Shown: piece by piece, positions 1-13,100 of the stretch
Numbering within the stretch: the stretch's first letter is position 1
Layout: the number at the start of each line of letters is the position of its first letter
DNA from: Lingula anatina
Taxonomy: Eukaryota; Animalia; Brachiopoda
DNA: 64,000 nt
Direction: 5' to 3'
Assembly (NCBI GenBank): GCA_051362555.1
Contig: CM120645.1
Location: forward strand, 23,836,934-23,900,933
Notes under the pieces: generated by a model
The model's input: the letters and a program-made list of their open reading frames with translations, nothing else
What the model was told of the DNA's origin: nothing
Databases searched by the model: none
Translations under genes and position numbers: made by a program

Positions 1-3000
1 TGGGAAGGTGGGGTGGGGAGGAGGGAGGACTAAAGGGTGCACTTCATGTTGAATTTCTAAAACGCAGATATGCGTTAGGTTTTTAGCATGTCACGATTTG
101 TACCTTTAGAGGGACGACATTTTTCATACTTCTGTCCAACCTTTGACAGCTGTCATAATTTTTGTTTGTTTGTTTACTCGCGTGCATTTTCCGACTCTGA
201 TATTTTTAAGATGTGTTTTAAATGGTTTTCACCCCATGAACTCTGGATAAACGAAATATTTGGAGTGTTCTTTGCTCCAAATGCAATTAATCTACTAGTA
301 GAAATGACCGCTTGAATACGTCATTATCAGAAGTGACTAGCTGTTTAAGATTAACCCAGATGTGACATTTAGAATATAGTATCTTTGTTGATAATATCTT
401 AATAATTACTGATTCACTCATTTGTGATTTCTGACAATAGCGTTAATTGTGTCTGTCACTTCCTTCATTTACCCCTTCCAACGAGAAGAACGCATTTTTA
501 TTATCATTTCACTATATTGCACAAACAATTGGGACAATCCAAATATGGTCAGGAATAAAAAAGTAGAACTTTTTTCAAAATAGCCTTTGACTAGGTGCAA
601 ATTAGTTTCGTATTCTAATTCTTTCTTTCACTTTTGTATGCTCTATAATAGTCATGAAATTGGGTGAAAAAAGAACGAAAGGCACACACCTCTGGTGCCA
701 TCTCCTTTTTGTAAATAATGTCCTGCTTTTTCTTTCCTTTTTTCTTTCTTTTACGTGTTTTTGCCCGCGTGGACACCTTAACCTCAAATGACATCCACCG
801 TTACTGTCATGATACACAGGAATAACAAATACATTACAGTAGCCATTAGGAGGCGAGTTTTTTTATGTGTCAGATGGACATCGCAACGATTACACGCCCC
901 ATGCTTTTTCGAAGATCAAGCTTCTGTCAACATCTTCGGCGAATTTTTAAACAAAAGACTATTAAAACATATATTTACTTTTTTGCATTACTAGATACTG
1001 ATAATAGCCTTTGTTTAATATGAATTCCTTAGAACTGGCAGGTAAGCGTGTAAAGGTATAGAAAAACACATAGGATCTTGTCTTCTTCAGCACAGTGATA
1101 GTGCTGATGATAAAGCTATCGGTGTAGGATCATAAAATTGTGGTTTGGAGACGAAATCTTTGTAAATGATGCCCATTACCCTATGATACCGTCTCCTTTA
1201 GACCACTTGTAGCAGTAGAACTAGCAGCTCTTCACCACATAGGAACACATCATAGGTGGCCTGCCGCTGAGGTGGTGCCTACACCATGTCAACATAGAGG
1301 ATTCAGATTCAGATTTATGCCTCATTATTATTATTTATACATTTTAACTATCAAAAACACGGCTGCAGACATAATTTACCGCCCCCTTTCTTTTTGTCGT
1401 TTATTTATTAATACTTGTGGTTTATTTCACGTCGTGCAACCACGCCTGTCAAGCGCCAGGTTAGTGCCCGTGTCATCCACTCCTGACACGATAATTTAGA
1501 TGACCACTGACAGAGCCCTTGGAACGTTGCAGGAATGATGTCATACTGCCCCCAATACAAACAGTAGATGCATAGCGTATAACAGTGATCTGGCCCGAAT
1601 TATCCGAAACCGCAGAAAAAAAAGACACGTGTATTATATCTTTATGACTGCTCCGCCCCAAATTACCACAAATATCGCACCATCATTCTCACCAAGTAAC
1701 AAAGAACACAGGGTTTTGGTTGGTAGAATTGTGGCCAATTAAGGCCACTTTTATTACCTCACTAATGAATTCCCTTAATTTTTACATTGCAACTAATTAT
1801 TGCCAGTATTCATAATTAATATAATGAAATCCAAAATTAAAATAGATATTTCATATTTAAGACAAATTATCCAAAATGTTGTTTTAAATAATCATGAAGC
1901 ATCAGTCATAGTTTGGTATATATAAGGAACTGCACCCGTTGGAATTGCCTTGGATGATTCACATTTATGACGGTATGGCACACGACTTGGGAATTAGGTT
2001 GTTCCCATCCCGATTACCTTTTGCCCTCCTAATGTTATCAGATAGGGAAGAGTGGACAATGAAGAGATACAATGGCTAGTTAGTTTTTGTCACGAGGCGA
2101 GAACAAAAGACCTCTGAAGGACCACGGCCATGGTCTGCCTACTGCAAAACAAAATATCCTCCTATCTTGATGTAAAGGACACTTTTATATGCATGGTCAA
2201 AGGATGTATAATTTCTGAAGACGTTCGTTTGGCGTTAGCGTCTCCAAGACGTATGAGAAAAATGCTTGCGTTTTAGTAAAACGTTATCAAAACGGCTTTG
2301 GAATACTTCAGTAAGGCACACAAAGCAGGGAATTATATCGTCTATCAGATATAATTCCTTGCACAAAGTGCGCAGTCTAACAGTCCAAAGAGTGTACTTG
2401 AGTTAATGTATGTAAAACACTTCATAATATACTCAAATGGTTGTTCATATATAAAAATAGATCTACAGGAGAGTTGGTCTTGCAGCATAATTAACTAAAA
2501 TGTCAAATCAAATTAAATTAGATATATACGCGGGGCGTATTTCTACATATTGTTGCCACAGAGAGCCACATGGTATTGTAAAGAACTTCCTCAAATTTCA
2601 TTTAAAAAGTCGTACTAGTAATAGTAATTATGCTGGTATCATGTCTTTTAATAGAGCAGAGGATATGTCTATTTAATCAGGAGAGTAATTTTCTATAGTA
2701 TTTTATAACAACCTACTGATCTTTGCTAAGATCTTCCGAGGTTCACGTAAACATTTGATTAAAACACATTTGCTTTAAATATAGTATCAGTAGCAAAAAG
2801 CAAGAAAAGAAAAGAAAAGAAAAATCAAACAAAAAAATTATTATTATTATTATTATTATTATTATTTGACGTGAATATGAAGAATTGACAACTTTGCCTA
2901 TTTGAAAATCTTTGATATGTACTCAAGACATCTTAACGTTCCCAGTATGTAATACTTTTTGGTTCTTATAAGTATTTAAGACTTGCCAGAATTCTTCAAG

Positions 3001-4000
3001 AAAAACATCACCTGGATGTTTTTATGACCCGAAATGGTGGGCTGGGAACATTCCATTTATCACGTAGAGATTACCCACCTAGCCTGCAAAGTTATATCGT
3101 GCCATGTTGTGATAATACAAGAGCACGTATTAATTAACGTGTCACTGCATTAGAATGAACAAAGAGGCTGGCATATACTTTAATTGGAGGCTCACTGTTA
3201 AAATGAATTTTAACTAGAACAAAGGTAACTTCTGTAAGTATTTTCATATTTTCGCTGGCGCTTGGGCAATACCGACGATGACCACCCTCGGTCATGATAT
3301 GAAGGACAAAAATTTCCATACATCACGTCTTTCCAATTATGCAATTACTGAGCAGTGCCCTAATTTCTTACTTGATTAGTTAATTCCTCTCTCATGGAGG
3401 GGCAGTAGTGACTAGAGTGCCTTGGAAGAGTACCTATCTTGTTTGTGCGTTCTTCTGTGGCGTATTTATGGTATTGGGCTCGGGGAAGCGACATAAATTT
3501 TGTTACACAAACCTTAATTTATGCCACATCAAAAAAAAATCGTTTTCTCTCATTTTTAAACTTTCCACAAATCAGAAAAAAAGATGTCTTTGAAAAGTAG
3601 AAGATCGTCTGTTTTAAATCCCCTTGACCTTGCTCAAGAGTGAAACATGACATCTTGTTAACCGAGTTGATCGAGTTTGTTTTTTTGCTGCGAGAGAAAA
3701 CATGGTACTTGTGAAATGTGCACAACAACACCACTTATCATCTAGGACAAATTGTGACAACGCTTCTTGTCTTGGCGGAAACCCTTGGCGTCGCACAGAC
3801 GCAGGGCATGGATAAATGGACAATAAAGAGTGGACTTATATGCCAAGAAGTTGAATGAATCTAGATAATTTGGGGAGAAATGTGCTCGCATTGAACGACT
3901 ACAAGATCTACAAACCATTAAAGAAAATAATCCAAAGCTTGTCATTGTTGAATGTCGAGTAAGAGCACGTACTCATATATTGACGGGCGCGCACGCAACG

Positions 4001-4002
4001 CA

Positions 4003-4058
<56 letters not shown>
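4001..4058. repeat. Compound (CA)n(GA)n microsatellite
   Basis: Seen directly; explains the spurious HTHT/ERER ORF at 3952-4173. Confidence 0.95.
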
Positions 4059-4063
<5 letters not shown>

Positions 4064-6892
4064 TTGCTGTTCTTCATACTACCCTGTTTTACAGTGAAGT
4101 AAATCACGCTGTCAGACCATTCTCCATACATCATCGTCAATTAAAATTAATCAAATTGCTGATTCATAATTAAGATATTTGTCAAGTTCTCACATAGCGT
4201 CCCTAAGTGGTGCCTATATCTGTGACAACAGTCTTTGTGTGCTACAGACAGAGTCCATTGTTTTGCTGATAAAATACAGAGATATTGATCATATCAGAAA
4301 GTTCAAGATCTGATACTGGTTTGGACAAAGTTAAATTTTATAAACTTAAGATACATATTACTTGGTGCATGGTTACTGGCCACTTCAATAAGCAGGTCGC
4401 AGTTGGGTTATGATTACGTCATTTTATGCCTTAATAGACGGTATAATTAAAATTTTGAAGATTCGCTTTAACAGGTCGTTGATCCTTTTTGCATGTGATC
4501 CTGCATTCCTTGTTCTCCTGGCCTGCATCATTATAAAGACTCCTATTTCATGCATATTCATTCTAGTAATTGCAGCTGAAAAAAGAGAGCCTTCTGCGCG
4601 AAGTTAAAGACAACAGGCTTTCTTTTTCAGGTGGATTATATTCCAGGGATAATTTGCTACCCCTTTGTCACTACTTGGAGATCGTGGGATGTCTGACACA
4701 GTGATGTCTTTTTTCATTTGGAGATTAAATCCCGGCGGACACAAAAGCCTTTTATAACGCATGGAGTGCTCTACCAGGGCCACAGATTGACTTTTCACAG
4801 GATATTCACAGATATGTCTTTAGATAAATAGACAGTCATTTTACTATCTCTGGATTTCCCATTTTTCCCTGTATAATCTGCCACCCTGGTAGAGGGTAGG
4901 TGTGCCCAGTGTGTGAGCCTCAGAGAGGTTGATAACACTGGGGTGTTCGGAATTGAACTTGGGGTGGGGAAATTGGGGGTCGCACAAGGTAATAGAACTC
5001 ATAATCTTGTTTTGCTCTACATGTTCGTATACCAAGAAACAAGATTTATTCTTATATGGCGCATTCCATATCGTATCAAAGGTTATGAAAAAATTACAAA
5101 TTTCTTTAAAAAGCATAAACTTATGAATCTAAAAGAGTAACTAATTGCTCAGAATGCTTCATTTTTAAATTAAAAAAAAAAATGAAAGGGTTGGAAGATA
5201 TAGAACAAAATCTTACAGTATCAGTTTCTATATATAAAATGTTAGTCTTAACAGTTTTTGCACTTTCTTATCAATAGGCAAGTATTCCATATCCCTGGTG
5301 CTTATAATGTGTATTGTATATTGTCCGTTCCCTATAAAACGTCTTAGCTTTTTCTGTTTAAAACATAATGTTCTAAGCAAAATAGTTTAATGGGGGTTGA
5401 GAAATGCCATAAAACTAGACTTATCATTTAATTCTCATTTGAGGCGGGGAGATATGTCTTACGTCATCCTGTCTGCCTCAATCTATCACTGCCTCGTGTT
5501 ATGTGACACCCGCCAGGGTCATTGGTCTGCTATGACAGGTGCCCGTCAGCCCATACTGCAGGGTTTTAACATGACTAGAATTATGTGGGTTATAGTATAG
5601 GAGAGAGGGGGTGGGGACAGGAGAGGCACCCCCCTCCTCCCTTAGCAGACTTCATATGTGCTCTTCCTTTCTACACTAAAATGGTTGAGATAAATAACCA
5701 AGCACCAAAACCATTTCCAAGGTACCCTTTGTGTAACGGCCGACAAAATCACCCCCCGTATTTGTATTTGTTTTCAAAAAAGTATTTCTTCCTTTTCCAG
5801 ATAGGTCGAAGTTTTCTCCTCTTCACTTTAAAGTCTACCGTCCTCTTCAAACAGAGCTATTCCAACAGTCATTGTACCAGAGAAGATGAATGGCCGGCAG
5901 GGCACTGTTTACGGCTTACTTCGAGCATTACTCACGCGGAAATGTCGCCGATTGTTGCCTGCATGGAAACAGGAGTGGGGATAATGGCTTCTCGACATCA
6001 CGATTTAGTTTTTTTTATGTCTTGATCTTTGATCTGCTTAGATAACATAGTTTATTAACCACCAACGTTATTAATAGATACTTGAGTTTTAAAAAGTTAC
6101 TACGAAATTCCAAATCCAGTTTTGTCTTTAATGATATTCTTGAATTTGTTCGTGGCATATCTGAAACTACTACGTGTTTCAAAGGTACATGGCATAATAT
6201 TTAGTTTATAAATGGTCTTTTTAAACAATTACAATTTTATTAATGTAAAGGTTTATTTCGTTGTTCATTTGAACTCTCTATAGTGTTCTGAAAGTGGTGC
6301 ATTTTCATTTCAGAGAATCAGGTTGAAGGAATGGAAATCACGACTTGCTATGATGTTTACAGAACCAGCGTTCGACCATGCTTTAACGAATTCCGACGAA
6401 GTTGCATAACAAGGCGGGATTAAGTTAAAGGTCATGGCGGACCGGTAGCTAAACCAGACCTCAGCACGCTTGTATTTTTCTGTGGTATGTAAAGGTGACA
6501 GCTACTGTAGAATACGGTACAAATGAGAGGTGAATATTAACTACATAGTGATGGTGAAAACACCATGGTTGTAATGGTCACTGGCACGCTCAGGTAGATT
6601 GAAGGGCGCTGTCTGTAACACGAAGGACAAGTGTTTAAAAAATGGGGGGAAAATGGAGATAAGTGGACATAAACAATTCGACTAATACATGTAGGCAGAG
6701 TTTGTGTACATTTCCAGACCATCCATCAGCGTAAATTCCACTGTTTTTTGTCTTTGTTTTGTTTTTACCATTTACATTTGTCTTGTTTTGTAAGAATGAG
6801 AGTGGCACTGCATGTGTGCCGGGTGGGGGGGGGGGGGGGGGTATACAGACGGCTGGACAGTCGGATAAATTGACAACTACTTAAGACTGAAA

Positions 6893-7214
6893 TACAGAGC
6901 AAAGACAGAGGGACAGACACACAGACAGAGGCAAAGGTAGACAGAGGGACAGACACACAGACAGAGGCAAGGGTAGACAGAGGGACAGACACACAGACAG
7001 AGGCAAAGGTAGACCAAGAGACAGACACACAGACAGAGGCAAGGGTTGACAGAGGGACAGACACACAGACAGAGGCAAAGGTAGACCAAGAGACAGACAC
7101 ACAGACAGAGGCAAAGGTAGACCAAGAGACAGACACACAGACAGAGGCAAAGGTAGACCAAGAGACAGACACACAGACAGAGGCAAAGGTAGACAGAGGG
7201 ACAGACACACAGAC
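6893..7214. repeat. 36-bp minisatellite, about 9 copies (ACAGAGGCAAAGGTAGACAGAGGGACAGACACACAG and variants)
   Basis: Seen directly; explains three overlapping low-complexity minus-strand ORFs. Confidence 0.95.
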
Positions 7215-8571
7215 AAATGGGTGAGTAAGTAGGCGGGAAGACATGGGCAATAAACTGACCAGTAACCACACGATCAATCAACTCTCGCACTGACCACCAC
7301 AAACATGGTCAAAATGATCAAAATGACCAGCCCCCACCCCAGGCAGGGATCGCGCCCAGTGTCCGTACCAGCCCGTGGTCAGAGAAGACAGGTGGTCTTG
7401 TCAACCCATGAAATAATACCACACGCTGGTGACACTTTTCATATTGATGATCATATTTATTATCCTTGGCCGTAAAAATACTGAAAAATAACCTACGTTG
7501 CTAGAGCATACCGTCTCTTATAGCCAAGGAATCATGTTTTTTTGTCACGGACGCTGGGCAGGTCTTTTGTACCAGACCATTTGTCTTTGATTTTATAACT
7601 CTTGCGTTGGGAAGACCGCAATTTCGTTGTAATTTTGACGTTAATTAGCATTCTTCGCGTGCCGGTCATTTTCGATTGTTGTTAAATCGACCACAAAGTT
7701 GTAATAGTCTCAAGACAATAGTTTAATTTGTTCTGGGCTGAGGTTGGTGAGGTCTCACACGACAGCCCCCATGACCAGACCCACACTGAGGCTACAGCGT
7801 CCATCTCCTGTTTCCATTTTGGACGTTAATGACTTGTGGAATATAACGTACGTGTACCGCCTGTCCTGTTCCTTTTACGCCCTCTGCCTTCATATGCCTA
7901 CCTCTATATTACCACGTTTCTCTTGATTTAACATGTCTCCGTGTTAATAGATTATTGATTTTAATAAAACGAGAATGCTTGAACAAAATACTCTACCCGA
8001 CAATGTATGCTTATTGTCCATTTATTACATGCTAATTTCCTTTAAAATTCACAATGTCACAGACTGTCAATGAACACGTAATAAAATAATTTAAACAGCA
8101 CAAAATGTTTTTTATATATATTTGGAGGCTCTTTAAACTGCTCGAGTACAGTACATGTGATTTAAAATACAATTTCGTTCAATGTAAACGGCGGGTTAGA
8201 TAAACTGTGTGAACACAACTTAAAAGTCTTAATGGTTGTAAATTTTCACGACAATCATTTTTGTAGGGGTCTGCATTTTTGTATTACTTCGTTTACACAT
8301 TATATTATGACAGGCACACCATGCACATTGGGTGGGTTTAGTTAAATTGATTTTTTTCACATAATGTAATTGAATATTTTCAAATAAACTTTGTTCTGTA
8401 ATTGGCAACCGATACGCGACTTGCATTTGTTGTGCACAAACGTTTTAAATAACTAAATTACGTTAGTGGCAAAGAAAACACGCTGAAAATTGACATCTCA
8501 ATATCCAAACTAAATCCATTTATTTATTCACCTCCTAGGTCTTTAAACATGTAGGCCTATGTAGCGTCCAT

Positions 8572-8730
8572 CCACGCTCGACTGTCACCTTGATTGGGTT
8601 ATCAGTCTGGTTAATAAACTGAAAAAATAACAGAAAACGACTTTAGAACATACTTCTTTACCATATCACTAAAAAATCAATAAAAATCGGCTAAGTTTTC
8701 AAAAACAATTTTCATGACAGTCGAGCGTGG
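8572..8730. repeat. Short inverted-repeat element (MITE-like)
   Basis: CCACGCTCGACTGTCA (8572-8587) is the exact reverse complement of TGACAGTCGAGCGTGG (8715-8730), with an AT-rich spacer. Confidence 0.6.
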
Positions 8731-8869
8731 GTCTGGTGAAAGAAAAGCCGGTGTACTATGCAACTTGGTTGCGTTTCCCCTCCAAACGCAATGCGTCAAG
8801 CCAAAGCAATTTCACCTAACACATGTACAGTGGACAGGTCCTCGGCAACCTGTTGATTGGTGTCACACC

Positions 8870-8982
8870 TGCCCGTGAGATGGCGCTGGTGGTGATTCAG
8901 CCGTTAGTCAGTGTGACCTACTTTCCCAGTTTTGTCACAAATAATTCCGCCATCTTGAAATTGGGCCAGGTGAAAGATGCAG
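8870..8982 (+). other. Probable first (5') exon / TSS region of the contactin gene
   Basis: YY1-like motifs GATGGCG and CCGCCATCTT; strong donor CAG|GTAGGT at 8983. The terminal ATG CAG is in frame with the next exon (MQ|MNSRG...). The 5' boundary is approximate. Confidence 0.5.
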
Positions 8983-10189
8983 GTAGGTCTTTGAAATTAT
9001 CGATGTTTTCAGTTGATCACAATTAATTAAAGAGGCCTCTTTTAAATCATGAATTCTATTGACTGGTACGGACTTGGTGAAATTTAATTAAAATTTTAGA
9101 CTTTTTTGTGTTTGGAGAATTTTGGATTTAATTTTACCTGAAGTGCCCGCCAAGTGCGACCCAGGTGAGTCATGACCTGAACTATGCAGAAACAGCGATG
9201 CCGCATTCCAAAGGAATTGTTCAAAACCTCGGGAATGATTCAAAAATTAATAAAACCGTTTATATCACTTGGGTTTTTCTTGGCGATTGTGTGAAAAAAG
9301 GTAAACTTCAATTTGTTCAAAAGGTTCAGTTGAAAGGAAAATGTGCAAGACGTTGACAAGACCGGAAGATATTTTATAACTTTTATGTTCAAAATGGCCG
9401 AGTGTTTGCCTTTCAATAACACAGGATACAAGGTTACAAGACCAAAAGTGTACACGTAGTGAACGGGGAGGCAAATTTATAATTATATCTATTTTGATAT
9501 CGTTGGATTTTTCACCTGGATTTAATCAATTTACGTGCATGGTATACTTTAAAAACATTGGATCGTATGGCATAGGCAAGTTTGTATTTGAATAAATGTT
9601 TTACGATCTTATTACAATGTAAAATATTTTTAACAGCTTTTGATAATTTACATTATTTACAGTACTTTGTTCTAAAAAGAATGAACAATTCATTATTTTC
9701 TTTATCCAAAAATTTTCATTTGGTAATCAATTACCATCATGTGCGTAGTTTTAGGGTACAACATGCTGAGGGAACAGCTTGAAAGTTAAATTAGAGCTCT
9801 TAGACCATCTTAGGTGGAGAGGATCTTTTTCTGACCAAAGCGGACATTCAAGAGAATCACCACTTTGGTCAGAAAAAAACTCTGTCCTGAATCTAAAATC
9901 ATTCTAAATTCTGTCATTTCTCAAGTTTGTCATCTAAGGAATCTGTAATATTAATTTTTTTCACTAGAAAAAAGAATCCTTCTTTTGAAATAGCTGTTAC
10001 ACAAACACACAACATGGACTAAGAAAAGTTTAATTATTAGTTGATTAATAAATTACACTACATGGAACTGAAATCAAAAACAATTCTTTAAAGCTCAGAG
10101 CCACATAGCGGTTTTATGGTAACTCAAACAATCAATTCATAATTTATAGTCTTTTCTGAAATATTATCTTATTCCTGCATTAATTTCAG

Positions 10190-13100
10190 ATGAACTCCCG
10201 GGGCCCAAGAAGTATGAATTCTATATTAACCGCAGTAGTTGTAGTATTAGCTATCAGCAGAGTTAGTGGAGTAGATTACGGTAAGTAGAAACTGATCAAC
10301 ACGTATAATTTCTGAAATACATAAGATGAAAACAAAAAATGCAAGTTCATTATTCATTGATGCAAGTTCTTTATTCAGTAAATACATAAAATAACATGTT
10401 CATTCAATTGATTTTGATGAAGACAATAAGATTTGAAATGCTTTAATAAGTTAAATTTTTTGAAAATAAAATTAAGACATGATAAATCTGAAAAAAAAGA
10501 CATACTCAAATTTTCTTGTCACATTAGATCAATTTGAAAATCCCCCGCCCCCTTTATTTAGAATGGCAGAGAAAAAAGGTGAAAAATTAATAGAAATTAA
10601 AATGTTTTGTGGTATCATTTAGACAAAATCTCACCTAACTGGTTACTTAATCCTTTGTCCTTTTAAAGATAGGGTAAGTATTAAGAAATAACATTTCTGT
10701 GTTAGAGAAAAGAAGGAAAATCAGAGCATTCATATATTATTTCCTCTACAGCTTGTCCGGCCGGCTGGGAGACCCACAAGGATCATTGTTATAGGTTTCA
10801 TGTCCAGGGACAGAGTGCCGTCACCGAGGCCAAGGAGCTTTGTGCGGTAAGAACCACACATGAGCTTTTTCTGCGGAAAAGCGTAATTCTGCATTTTTTA
10901 CTTCAATTCTGTTGGTTTCTGAGATTTGTCAAGGTTAGGTGTTGGGTCCCATAATAAATGTTTTTTTTTTCTTTTTTTTTTTTTGAAACCTAGGCTCATG
11001 TCTGAATAACACAGTAGAGAGTTTTTATGATTTGTTATCCAAGTTACCATTGAATCTTAGTGTCTGTGATCTCCTTAATTTTATGCTTGGTTTATTAATT
11101 TGAATTGTGCAGTATTAAGCAATTTAGAAATTTAAGAAATTTAATTAGAAGTGATAAGAAGGATGCCTTTTAGCTGACTTTATTTCATTTCTTTTTAGCG
11201 AGATGGTGCTACATTATTAGAAATTGATGACAAAGAGGAACACGACTTTATAGGTTCAGTGCTGTCAACTTTAAATGTTGTACAAAAGTAAGTTTTCTTA
11301 ACGCAAATTACACTGTCAGATTTCTGAGCAAAGAATAATTAAAATGGTGTTTTTTTTTTAAATTGATATGACAGGTAACAAGAAACTAAAAAAAGCATGT
11401 TTTTAGGATTGAACATATGCAATTGTCATACTAAAGCTCTGACAGTGGATGATTTTAACTTCCTGATCAGAATGCCAATCAGTCAGTTACCATGGTTTCC
11501 ACATCTAGTTTTTATAATAGGTGTTATGGCAGTCAGTCTGTTGCCATGGTTTCCATAATGGGTGTTTTGCCAATCCAACTGTTTCCATGGTTTCTGTAGT
11601 GGGCGATATCTCAGTCAACCTGTTGTCATGGTTTTCAGGTATGATTACTACACTGATGGTGAACGCAGTGATAAACTAATCGTAGACCCAGATGACCCTA
11701 GCGAGCAGGTGGACAACTTCCGCTGGGCCACCTCTGGGAATACCATAGCAACCGATTCCTTCTGGATCGACACCACCGTGAAGACAACCATCCCCAACGG
11801 AAATTATATTATTTATACATTCCAAGGTGAGAATTAAGGCATGGGAGGCATTTGATTTATTTGTTGCATATTTTATCACCTCCATATAAATTGTCTTTAA
11901 CTCTTGGTTTTAATGTACATTTATATATGATCCAAGTTGTAAACCCCTATCACTGTTAGTAGGTAGGTAGGTATAGTACTCATAATGCACTCTCTTTGCA
12001 CATCATTATGGGCCAGCATGTGTTATGACAAAAAAAATTAAATTGATATAACATGTGAAAGAGGTATGGTGGTGTGTGAAATAGAATATTATTGATACTT
12101 TTCAGTATTTTATTCTTGGTGTTCATTTGGCAAATTTTGCTTATTTCCATGATGTAAACATTCTAAAAGTAACTAAAGGTACTTATTATCTAAAGGTAGA
12201 TAAATATGGGTTAGACATGAAAATCTTCAATTTTGAAAAGTAAATAGGCTGTGTTATTATCAGTTTGTTTTTTAAAAGCTTTTTCTAACACATTTTTGAA
12301 TTTCTTTCCCAGATAATCGTTGGGGTTGGACACTAAATGACGGGCAGGCTGAGTTATCTTTTATCTGTGAGATCCCCAACACAGATATTTACAAGATTGT
12401 AGAGTCTGAACGCGATGCAGGTGAGAGCAAAGATTTTCTTGAAAGGTTAAAGAGAGATATGAATAAAAGAAAAATTCTATGAAAATACATATATAAAGGA
12501 GATAAGACATGATTGACTGTATAATCACACCCTCTGACATTTTCATTTCAAGGTTTTGGATCCACGGTCCAAGAACCAGAGTTTTACGAGCGTGGACCCA
12601 AAATCACTGAGCAGCCACAAGACACTGTGTTTGATACCTCATCCAAGAGAACATATGTGACCTTCTCGTGCTATGCTGATGGATATCCATTTGCCACGTA
12701 TGATTGGAGGAAAATAGCGCAGACGTCTTCCACCCCGCTGTCAGAGCTGGCACTGCAGGAACCAAGGTATGGAAAGATGCTGTTATGAGATTTTTCTGAT
12801 TATTGCCGAATTTCAGGCTTTTTTTAGCCAAAAATATCATTTTTGATATCATTGCAGGCATCCCCTGGTGCCCCTATCATATTTTTTTTACTTTTTCTCT
12901 AAATGGCTGTCTCATCCCTTCTAGGTAGATGACTGTCAGTTTCGTGTTGAATGATTTTTATATGGAACTTAAAATGTTGAGATTTGAGTCCATTAATTTT
13001 GAGTAAAAAGATTGAGCCAAATCCTTCTTTAACATATGTGGTAAGATGAGTTTCAATATCCATGACTAAATGAACATTTAGTTTGAGAATCAATTTTAAC

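Noticed and set aside
3650-5140. Several short ORFs, including two same-frame minus ORFs (4604-4798, 4844-5116)
   Set aside because: Multiple stops between them, no recognisable motif and no convincing splice chain.
6765-7302. Long Cys/Val/Leu-rich ORFs
   Set aside because: Translation artefacts of the 36-bp minisatellite.
7330-7410. Possible degenerate tRNA-derived SINE head on the minus strand
   Set aside because: Only a weak B-box resemblance; no A box, cloverleaf or second copy.
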